Shown: positions 11,927 through 21,115 of the stretch, in pieces
Position numbering within the stretch: position 1 is the stretch's first letter
How the letters are laid out: each line of letters begins with the position of its first letter
Assembly: GCA_000091205.1 (NCBI GenBank)
Contig: AP006491.2
Source of the DNA: Cyanidioschyzon merolae
Lineage: Eukaryota
Reading direction: 5' to 3' (one strand)
DNA: 64,000 nt
The notes under the pieces: generated by a model
Databases searched by the model: none
Told to the model about the DNA's origin: nothing
Seen by the model: only the letters and a program-made list of their open reading frames with translations
Made by a program: the position numbers and the translations under genes

Positions 11927-13381
11927 GAAAAAGATTCGCAATTGTGTGCGGTAAAAGAATATCCACTCGCAGAAGCTTATTATCCTTTTTTGACCCGCCG
12001 CCTGCAATCGGTTCCAGTTGATTCACGCACACTTCGAGTCTCAGCAGTTGCCGCATAGCGTTGGATCGTGTCAGCTGCTCGGGTCTCGTCTTCAGCACAA
12101 CGCATCGTCTGATATTGGTAGCAGCGTTCAAGTCTCGGCTTACGAGCTCCATGCGTTTACTGCCGATCCCTGATCTCATCACACCGAGGGTTCTTAGTAC
12201 TCGTGCCCTCTGTTCCGCTACAGTCTCGTCATCGTTCCACTCGACAAACACCGTCCCTCGCCTATCTCCTTCTTCTCCTTCTTCGCCACTTGCTCTTCTT
12301 CGCTCGATGGTCGGCGAGAGGAGGCATTTTTCGTTCTGGCTGCGACGAATCCAGCAATGACGGAACTCAGGATCCCCGACTTCCACATCCATACCATTCC
12401 CTTGGATTCTCTGTTTCTTCAAAATCATAGCGATTGTTCATTCGTTTAGGTGAGGACCTTCCCGCAAAAGCTAGGACTCGCGAAAGTAAGACACCATGCG
12501 CCCGTGTGTCAACGTGTGCCGGAAGCTTCAGCGATGACCCCACTGGAGCGACATCATACGTTTCACAATGGAAAACATTCTTTTGATGAGGTTGAATCAA
12601 GTAGAGCACAGAGGAATGAAAAGCAGCACTATACCTCGACAGGATCGGCAAAAGCCCGAACGCAAGGGGAATGGTGAAATGCCACGGTGTCCAGCAGAAG
12701 GACGTCGCCCGACGTCGGGGCGAAATCTTCCATGATTCGATCAAGTGGCTGGTGTTGGTCGATGAGCCTTCTCCACTAGTGAATCTGAGGCCGCAAATAA
12801 AGTCCACTCCGTCTGAAGCAGATGATGACATCCTCGCTCTCTTCGAGCTCGATCGTACATCCAGCGGGTGCACTGTCCGCGAATACCCATTTACGCTCCG
12901 GCCGCCTCGTCCGAAGCAAGTTTCATCGACTGAACAAGCAAACCGACGTCCGTGTCCCGGTCCCTGTGCTCCATACGGATAGTGGCGTTCCACGAACGCT
13001 GAAGTAGCTGTGACCTCGGTGGGAAATGGCCGTGCACGAACTGAGACTTTCTTTTTGCGACTGTACCCCGTGTATTCAGGACCACTCGAACACGCTTTTA
13101 AGGAACAGGGACGCGCGTAGCGACTACTATTTTCGCATTTGTCTTTCGTAAAAGGTGTCAACGGGCCGTTTTCTACCGTTGATCGCGCGCATTCTCTGAG
13201 AATATCGATGTTTGACGCAGAGTGCATCTACTTCTTTCGGTCAGTGTTCGTCAACCATCTGAGTACTGTTGTACGACCGACCTGGAGGAGGAACGCAGTC
13301 CTCCATGCACTGTTCTGTAAAGAATATGTATGGTACAGGCGATTCGCCTACGATCTATCGGGTACATGGCATCGTGATTTC
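11927..13381 (-). mobile_element. Fanzor/TnpB-like repeat element, copy A (3'-end variant 1)
   Basis: ~1.45 kb, >97% identical to copies at 25846, 42811, 47872 and 55270. Minus-strand ORFs 12367..13227 and 11874..12428 are frame-shifted relative to each other. The second encodes …ELVSRDLNAATNIRRC…, a TnpB/Fanzor RuvC-III consensus D-x-N-A-A-x-N-I-x-R-R-G/C. Confidence 0.6.
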
Positions 13382-13495
13382 GATATCCTGCTATGCACCG
13401 CTGTGTATATGGGGGAGCGGAGTAGGCGAAGTGGAATTGAGTTGAAAGACTTAAAGCGCGCGTAACCTCCGCTCGTTCCGATAAATTGTTGAATC

Positions 13496-14155
13496 TTGTG
13501 GTTGGAGGTCTTCCCGATGGACTCAGGCTTGCTTTCTCTAGCAGATAGGACGCTGTTGCAGACCCTTTTCACGAGAGGTTTTCTACAGAGCGAGGAGGCC
13601 CTGACGTATTATCGGAACTTTCTCGAGGTAACGCAAGGCGAGGAGGTGCAGCCCGCGACACCCAACCTCGCGCAGTTCGAGGCACTTGAACCTGATGTGC
13701 TGGTTTCTCGTCTCAACGGACGTCTCAACGGTGCGGACTTTTCTGTACGTTTGGTCTCAGACGATAAAAGTAAGGCATACCTAACCCTTTGCAACACGAG
13801 AGAGGATGCGTCCTGTAGAGAAGCCTGCCTGTACAGTGCACACGCGAGAGCAGTGTTTGAAGGTATTTTAAAAAAAGGTTTCTTGAACCCGCTTTCCCCT
13901 AGTCACCAGGAAGGCAGCATAACATTCTCGGAATGTGTCAGAATAGCAGAACAGTTACCTGAACACGTGCGCATATCAGGGTTTGAGGCGGAACTCCTTC
14001 AGATTCTCGTGGAGGATGGATGGCTGGAGCGGCTACCGGGTGCTCCAGCGAGCAGAAGTAACAACAAGACGGAGGATTCTTTCCGACCTGGCGTGCGAAC
14101 CTATGCAGAGCTGAGAGAAATGGAGCAATGGAGACTCCGAAGGCTTCAAGGATGA
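13496..14155 (+). CDS. Hypothetical protein (219 aa), no recognised domain
   Basis: Long ORF with protein-like composition, sitting between repeat copy A and the RING gene. No motif I can name. Confidence 0.35.
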   Translation: MWLEVFPMDSGLLSLADRTLLQTLFTRGFLQSEEALTYYRNFLEVTQGEEVQPATPNLAQFEALEPDVLVSRLNGRLNGADFSVRLVSDDKSKAYLTLCNTREDASCREACLYSAHARAVFEGILKKGFLNPLSPSHQEGSITFSECVRIAEQLPEHVRISGFEAELLQILVEDGWLERLPGAPASRSNNKTEDSFRPGVRTYAELREMEQWRLRRLQG

Positions 14156-15174
14156 CCAGATACACGTAACCTGCGTCGAAGCCGGGTTTCCGCAAAATAA
14201 CGCCTCGGGGCTCTCAGCCGGCACTGAATGGCGCCAGATACCAACCACGCGCTTGTTGCTGCAGATTGGTTGTTGTCGCTCGTGCGGTGGTGTTTTCATG
14301 AACTGGGGCGTCTTCGCGCGGTAGCGTATCCCAAATGTTTGTACAATGTGTCTGCAAGCCAGGAAAACGCGTTTTTTGCAACTTATACTGCGTTTTCCAT
14401 ATTTGGTAAAAACGATCATGTGTAGGGCTCAGTGTTCTTCACAGAATATTGGCAATTCACGATGATGATTCTGCCGCCACAAATCCAACAAATATTCTCG
14501 CAAACGACGTGGATCTGTTGATACCAAGCACTACATCCGCGTTGGGCGTAACGGCTCACCGAGCGAATCTCGATCCTACTGACGAAGCTTGTCGCCAAAA
14601 GACCAGCTGCCAAAAGCACGATGCATGAACCTCTGAATTGCCTCCTGAAAAATTCGATGCTTTCTAGACACTGTGCGCATCCAATGGGGGATGCCACATC
14701 AAGAGATTCTTCTGCTGCCAACACAGACTATAGGACGCACTGCGCTCTCCTCTCCACTCAACTTCTCATAGGCTATTGTTTTGACCAATCGCACCTCGCC
14801 CCGCACACTTGCACCATCCAAGAAGCATCCGTCGGTTAATTAGATAGACAAGTCGATCAAAATGACCATGCATGAATCTCTGCTTGTTGGAAAATGTCTT
14901 TCATACTAAAAGAAAACTTCGCGAATTCTGCTAAGACTGCGCTTATTCTGTGAAACAACCCGACTCATCGGTCTGTCATATCTTGGAGTGATCGGCGCTT
15001 TGCTCCTCAAAAGAAAACGCTGCTCGGCGTGAGTCTCGTCGCTTGTCTTCAGACTCGTGCCAGAAATCGCTGAAATACATATCATTCGGTACCGAGCTCA
15101 CAGATAAAAATTATCCAAGTGCCACTTTTTGAATCATTGAAGCTGCTGCTGCTGCTGCACGTCAATCGCTCACT

Positions 15175-16032
15175 CTACGCGAAAAAGAAACCCGATCCGA
15201 GTGATCCCAGTAAGGGATACTGCTGAGCGTTTCGAGGTCTTGGAACAGGTCTATTCTCCTGCGCAGTGCTTCGCGCTGTTCCAGAGATGCTCGAATCCGA
15301 AGGCGGCTGCGTCCTGGCACTGCCGGGGGCGGCTGTTGTGCCGGTGTCCGCATCTTGTGCTGTTCCAGTACTGGAGCCGCTACCTCCCTGGGTCTGTCGC
15401 AGATCCTGGACTACCTCTTCAAGCCGTACGATTTCGTGCTGACACAACGGGCAACGATTCGCCCTCTGAACCCACTTGCTTATGCAATGGGAATGGAACA
15501 AATGACCGCATGAGAGCTTGCGACTCATGTCACCTTTCATAAAAGGATCAAGACAGATTGAACAGCACTGGCAGTAGACGCCGTCGGCTCCACAGAGCCC
15601 TTTGCCCTCACGCTGGCTTTCGTTCGGCACAGTTGCGAGCGCTGCAGCTGCCGCTGGGCTCTCTGCTCCACAGCTTGGACAGCTTGTAAGCGGAGCAGGA
15701 GGAGATGTTTTATCGAGTCTTGCAAGAACGAGCGACGCAGGTATCCGAGTCGGCCCCCAAACGCCGGCTCCTGCTACCCCGCCCGGCGGAGCTCTCTGTT
15801 CTCCACCCGCATTTCCCGGAATGCTGTACAGATACACGCCGTCAACGAAGACAGCTCTCTGGTTCCCCATGCGTGTGGGGTCTTCTGCGTCGCCGACCGC
15901 TCGGTTCGCGGCGCTCTCACGAGTCATAGCCCGGCGCAACGCCCGCCGCTCTCGCACGCAGGCATAGAGCCATGCGGCGAGAAGCAAACAAACACAAACC
16001 GCCGCCACGATTCCGAACACGATTATTGCCAT
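15175..16032 (-). CDS. Membrane-anchored RING-H2 finger E3 ubiquitin ligase (ATL-like)
   Basis: N-terminal TM helix (IIVFGIVAAVCVCLLLAAWLYACV). RING-H2 signature CSICLDPFMKGDMSRKLSCGHLFHSHCISKWVQRANRCPLCQ. Long Ser/Gly/Thr-rich tail. Confidence 0.65.
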   Translation of the reverse strand: MAIIVFGIVAAVCVCLLLAAWLYACVRERRALRRAMTRESAANRAVGDAEDPTRMGNQRAVFVDGVYLYSIPGNAGGEQRAPPGGVAGAGVWGPTRIPASLVLARLDKTSPPAPLTSCPSCGAESPAAAAALATVPNESQREGKGLCGADGVYCQCCSICLDPFMKGDMSRKLSCGHLFHSHCISKWVQRANRCPLCQHEIVRLEEVVQDLRQTQGGSGSSTGTAQDADTGTTAAPGSARTQPPSDSSISGTARSTAQENRPVPRPRNAQQYPLLGSLGSGFFFA

Positions 16033-17244
16033 CCCTCTAGGGGACGTGCCGAAAAAAGCTACCTGGCGGTTGAAGTTCCAAAGTTAAGATAAAAGCGAAA
16101 TTGTGGAAGTAGGGTATCCCAAATTCCATGCGCGTTTTGATTCAACCACACGACGCAGATCGGATGACCAACGGCGCGCTTCACCCGGCGACGCGCGCCG
16201 TGACTCTGGATGAGGGCGGGCTGCGGCCGCAGGACGCAGGACGCATACCCTGTTCACGCGGTCTACGTGCAGGTGCGCGGCATGGTCTGGATCAAATTTG
16301 TTCAGTTATATAAACTTATATACAGTCTACAATTGATTCGCACTCTGGAAGTGCACTGATCTTCGGAAAAGTGGGTCATGCCGAGTGCTCCATTCTTCAG
16401 TTTCTTCGAACACGCTCGGAAGCGCAGGGTCAGCGAGGGTGCGGCAGCAATGCGGCTTCTCGACAGCTTATTGGTGAATGAAGCCACGCACATGGAATAT
16501 GGCATGTTCAAGACTATGGGTGCTGCCTCGGGAAAGGCGAGTTGGGAAAGGATACCACACGCATTGCAGTAGATAACGAATAACGCTGCCGTCGCATGAT
16601 TGAGCAGTGCAGGGCCTTGTGGACGCTCTGCGGTCGATCCAAGGCTAAAGCTTTAGCCGCTGTCGTTTGCTGTTGTTGAATTCTCTCTCCTACGCATCGG
16701 CCTCTGGCTCCGCAGTTGCTGGCCGATCGGGGATATTTCACATGGCTTATTGACTGTAAAATTGTACCAATTCAAAGCGTGCGTCCGTGACGATCTTCAG
16801 TTCACGGCATGCCTCAGAGCGGGGCTCCAGAAAAGCGGTGATTTGATGGGATGCATCGGAACTGTTTTCTTCAGCGCTCGCGTAGGCGATCGAACTATCC
16901 TGAGTGCATCGAGTGAGACGCTGCTTTTTGTAAACGCACAGTGAGCTCTGGAGAGCGTACGTCTCGTGTACAGCCGTTCCCGGTCGTGGAAACCTCCATC
17001 TTCATCTGCTTGCTGCGGGGAGAATTCTCCAAATCCCACGTTCCCGGAAGGTGTCTCGCTTATGCGGGGAATGGATTATAGAGATAATACTTCCTCTGTG
17101 AGGAATATTTCTTCGACTAGGTTAGATCAGGCACAAGGACAAAACTTGTCTCCTGCATAAGATAAGTGCAACGTCTATTTCAATGACTATTATTGTCTCG
17201 CGGATGAGTCATGATGCATTGTCTCCTGCAAAAGTTCGAGAAGC

Positions 17245-18462
17245 GTGCTTCCAAGTGGCGCAGATTTGCATAGCACCGTTAGGTTCGGAAAAGAGCTCAT
17301 CTTTGTTGCTACGGTGAACTGCCGGCATTACCGCCTTGTAGGACTTCAGGGGAAGAGCTTGCGCTGGCCGCACTTACTGCAGAGGTCTTTGGTAAGCAGA
17401 ACATGTTTGACGCTTCGTTGCGGGAACGTTCACAGCTTGGCAGCACTCGCGAGCGACCGGCTCTCGGGGGCCAGTACGCTCCAGGAAATTAGGAAGAGTT
17501 TGTACGTCGCAGGTTCTGGCTTAGAGAAAATGAAACTTATACGCTTACTTCACTTTACGGATATTCATTTTCACTCTGTATCTCTCGCTGGACACCTCCC
17601 CACCTGGAAGGAGCTTCTCGGTTATGCAAACCTGTACATTGCGGGGAGGAGGAAAGCCTTCGCTGCCCTCGAAGCTGCGAAAGCACTCTGTGAACTCGTA
17701 CAAAGTCTAAACCCGGATGTCGTTATTTTTTCGAGTGATCTTACGTCAACGGGTACCTGTGAAGAGTTCGCTACGGCATACGAGCACTTAAGGCCGCTAA
17801 TTGAAAGTAGCAATACTTTTGAGGCAGCGCAAGGTAAAAACAGAAGCACGGCGAGTGGTCCGTTTCTCATCATGGTGGCCGGAAACCATGACGGTTATAC
17901 CCAGTGAAACCGACATTGTATGGAACTGTCCTTTTGAGCTCAGATGCTGGGCGGCGGGGCGGTCTCTCCGCGCTATGTAACGCTCGGAACCGCGAACTCG
18001 AACTTATCCGAATTAAATGATGCTCCCTGCTCGGCATCGCTGGTCGCTATAACGCTGGAGCATTGCAGGCCGTCGTGGCGGAGTAGCGGTAGCCATTACG
18101 TCGAGGGTACGCGTGAACGTCTAGAATCAATTTTAAGCAAACACCATACGCATGCTGTCGTTGTGGGACACTATCCTGTGTTGGAGCAGGACGGAGCAGC
18201 GCTTTACGAAAGGTTCGGGCGCAGTCTATTGGATGTGAGGACGCTTTCGCGAATTCTGTGCAAATATCCTCCGATCGCTTATTTATGTGGCCATCATCAC
18301 GAAGGATACATTGTGAAAGATACTGAGAGCGGCTTTCTACACATTAACTGCGGGTCAAGCGGCAAGATCGGCTCCGGACGCGCGCTGGAGATAATGATCG
18401 GGTCCCATGCTGCAGCTAACAACCTCCAGGTACCTGAGATTGGTTCCTATCCCCATTTGTGA
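17245..18462 (+). CDS. Calcineurin-like metallophosphoesterase, two same-frame ORF segments (17245..17907 and 17944..18462) separated by an in-frame TGA
   Basis: Segment 1 ends …VAGNHDGYTQ* (GNHD/E motif). Segment 2 has …AVVVGHYP… and …LCGHHHEGY… (GHxH motifs). The two segments are in the same frame, 36 nt apart. Confidence 0.55.
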
Positions 18463-18590
18463 ATATTCACGTGCGCTTTTGGTTGCAGTATACAGTGTGC
18501 AAGTTCGAAACAAAAAGAAAGGGAGCAAATTTCATGTACAAGAGTCCAGGCGGTGAATGACAGCCCTCGGTGCGGATCTGTCATATCTCG

Positions 18591-19805
18591 TCAGAGCCTA
18601 TCAAGAAGTTGCGAAATCTGCTCATAACACATGAATGTAATCGCCGATGAAGGTGCCACACGAAGAAGATTCGCGACAATGCCTCTGTAAAGCCCCCGGA
18701 AGCTATTTCGCATGTAGATTGTACGCAACGCACGAATCATACTCCCGTACGCGACCGGATCTGCGCCGCGCTGCTGCATGCGTGTGCGAGCAACCTGCAA
18801 TGGGTACGTGACAAGCGAGGCTATAACTTTGGAAGCGGTAGCTGCAATCAGACTTTCAATGACGCTCAGCCGTTCTGCTTGTCCTGCTGAGTTCCGAAGT
18901 GAAATAGAATCCAAAGATCGTTCCAGCTCGTTCTCAAGTTCTTCCGAACGGCTCAGCTTTGCCATGAAGCGCCTTCGAAGCAGAGACAATCGGATTTTCT
19001 CGTACACAGCGAACTGGATTGCACCGTGCGTCACAAGAAACATCGAGGGCCCAATGCCGCGATAGAAGCCCCTGAGTCCTTCATCTCTCCAGACAGATTG
19101 CATCGTCGAGAATACACCCCCCTGGTTTTGAGATAACTGAGCACCTTTGAAGTTGTCTTTCGAGCCCCTCTCCAGCTGCATACGTGTTTTCAAGAGCCAT
19201 ATGGGATTCGTCAAGAGTACGGTTATGATGCCGGCAATTGTGCCGGATATAAGATGGTTGATGCTGCCTCTTTGGGACAAGTACTCACTTTTAACACGTT
19301 GTCCCAGAAGAGCTACTAGCATTTTCGCTCGTTGGTAGCTTTCAAAATAGATTCCCCAGGAAAGCGAGGAACCTACAACGGCGGGAAGGGCACCTCTGTA
19401 GAGGCCATTTCGGAGACCTTCCTCCCGCACTATTGTTGCTACCGCGTTCGTAATAGTTCGATACGAAAAAGCACCTTGCTTTCCGTGCAAATCGGTCGCC
19501 TGATAGCGCGTCTTTATCAGGTCAAAAGGATGCAAGGCAAGAGTGCTCAAGCAACCAGCGCTCAGCCCCGCGATAGCGCGAGTCACACCAGCTCGGGGCT
19601 GCGCACCTGCACCCGTGCCCTTGTCCTCTGAGGAACCGCTCGGTGCGCCAGTGATGCGTGCGCTTGGTTCTCTTTGAGCCACATACCCCTGAAGAGCCTC
19701 AACGCTGCCCCTCACGCGTGCTGGCGGTGCAAGGCGTTCAGCCTCAGCCTGGTAATCGAGCAGAGGATCAGGTGGACCCCGAAGACCGTCCGTCATACGG
19801 CGCAC
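18591..19805 (-). CDS. Mitochondrial carrier family (SLC25) protein
   Basis: Three carrier repeats with P-x-[DE]-x-x-[KR] signatures: HPFDLIKTRYQ, NPIWLLKTRMQ, YPLQVARTRMQ. About 400 aa with a six-TM pattern. Confidence 0.85.
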   Translation of the reverse strand: MRRMTDGLRGPPDPLLDYQAEAERLAPPARVRGSVEALQGYVAQREPSARITGAPSGSSEDKGTGAGAQPRAGVTRAIAGLSAGCLSTLALHPFDLIKTRYQATDLHGKQGAFSYRTITNAVATIVREEGLRNGLYRGALPAVVGSSLSWGIYFESYQRAKMLVALLGQRVKSEYLSQRGSINHLISGTIAGIITVLLTNPIWLLKTRMQLERGSKDNFKGAQLSQNQGGVFSTMQSVWRDEGLRGFYRGIGPSMFLVTHGAIQFAVYEKIRLSLLRRRFMAKLSRSEELENELERSLDSISLRNSAGQAERLSVIESLIAATASKVIASLVTYPLQVARTRMQQRGADPVAYGSMIRALRTIYMRNSFRGLYRGIVANLLRVAPSSAITFMCYEQISQLLDRL

Positions 19806-20381
19806 ATGAAACCCTACCTTGTGTCAAACTTTTAACCAAGTCTCAAACTGAGCTTCTCGAAACCACCGGAAACTTTGCCGTTCTCATCACTGACTGGAGG
19901 TCCTTTTCAAGCCGTGGAACCTCCGCTGCGGAACTCAAATTTTTCTCATCGCACACCGCCTGTTTCAACGAGTTTTGCACATTTTCCAGAAGCCTGTAGC
20001 AGCGCGAGCGCAAATGTACTTCACATGCGCTTTTGTTTGATGCATAGCGATACAAGCGCGGTACCGGTGACTATCGAATACAAACGGGTTTCTCTCCTAT
20101 GCGACAGATACCACGTTACATGCCACGGAAACATCACGAGCGCTCGTAAGAGTGGTTGCGATGCGTCTGCATGGCCGAGCACGAAAATGATTATTCGCAT
20201 AGGGAAGTACCCCTAGGTAAAAATTTCGATCAAATGTGATAAATGCATCAAGGATGAGCAGTTTCAGCCACAAGGGTACGTTTCAGTCATGCACACTTTA
20301 CCTTTCAAGTTGAAAATACGTTCCATATAGATCTGTCCATGCCAAGATAACTCTTCCACTTTTAGAGCTATTCCCCGTCGC

Positions 20382-20918
20382 TCAACTAGTTCCGTATAAT
20401 ACCGCACCGTGTAAACTCGGAGGAATCAGAACTCCGTTAATGATGTGTATGACACCGAGGTCGAAGAAAACGTCCGGCACTATAACCTTCCGTGTTCCTT
20501 CGACGTAAATCGTTGTCCTTGTAGCGTTCAACATGAGGGTTTCGTTGTCGAACAGCGTTTTCACTAAAATAACCCCTTCGCCGAGTAAAAAGTGCGCCGA
20601 GAGGTTCCCAGGCACGATGTGGTAGAGCAAGACGTCCCTCAAAAGGGTCTCGTTCGTATGAAGCCTCGCGGTGACATTCGCCGGCAAGCTTTCGAAAGCT
20701 GTATTATCTGGAGCGAAAACGGTTATTGTTCTGTTCGCAGCAGCTAGAGCGCTTAGCTGAGTCGAGAGCGTGCTGTTCACGAGGGTTATGAGCGTGCTGA
20801 TATCGGGATGCTCACGTTCGACCTCACTTAACGTCTGTGCCTCAATTCTAACTGCATGTATGAGCGAGAGAATACAAAATAGTCCGAATAAAACCCTTAC
20901 GACCTTCATCTCTTTCAC
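20382..20918 (-). CDS. Secreted fasciclin (FAS1)-domain protein
   Basis: N-terminal signal peptide (MKEMKVVRVLFGLFCILSLIHAVRIEAQ). FAS1 core …ITVFAPDNTAFESLPANVTARL…LLYHIVPG…. Several N-x-S/T sites. Confidence 0.6.
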   Translation of the reverse strand: MKEMKVVRVLFGLFCILSLIHAVRIEAQTLSEVEREHPDISTLITLVNSTLSTQLSALAAANRTITVFAPDNTAFESLPANVTARLHTNETLLRDVLLYHIVPGNLSAHFLLGEGVILVKTLFDNETLMLNATRTTIYVEGTRKVIVPDVFFDLGVIHIINGVLIPPSLHGAVLYGTS

Positions 20919-21115
20919 GCAACACTCTCCCTCGGAGTCACACAGTGGTTACAGAAACAAAATTTTGTGTGGAGGAGAAAATACCCGATCGCATCCGCGT
21001 GTCCTTCACCTGCTCGTCGGGTATTCTGTCACGTGACATTCCGAACAGCCGCGAATCGAGCGAGCGCCGGTGTCGCCCGGTCTACGACGACGACGGGTTT
21101 CTTTGAGTACCGTTC

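Noticed and set aside
12367-13227. Treating the upstream 286-aa element ORF as the N-terminal RuvC-I/II part of a TnpB protein
   Set aside because: I could not find the GIDxG/D (RuvC-I), EDL (RuvC-II) or CxxC…CxxC zinc-ribbon signatures in it. Composition is junk-like. So only the C-terminal RuvC-III ORF is called, with the rest flagged as unresolved.
11927-13381. LTR retrotransposon or DNA transposon with TIRs as the identity of the repeat
   Set aside because: No RT, integrase or DDE transposase motif in any frame. No terminal inverted or long direct repeats within a copy. No target-site duplications at the five insertion sites.
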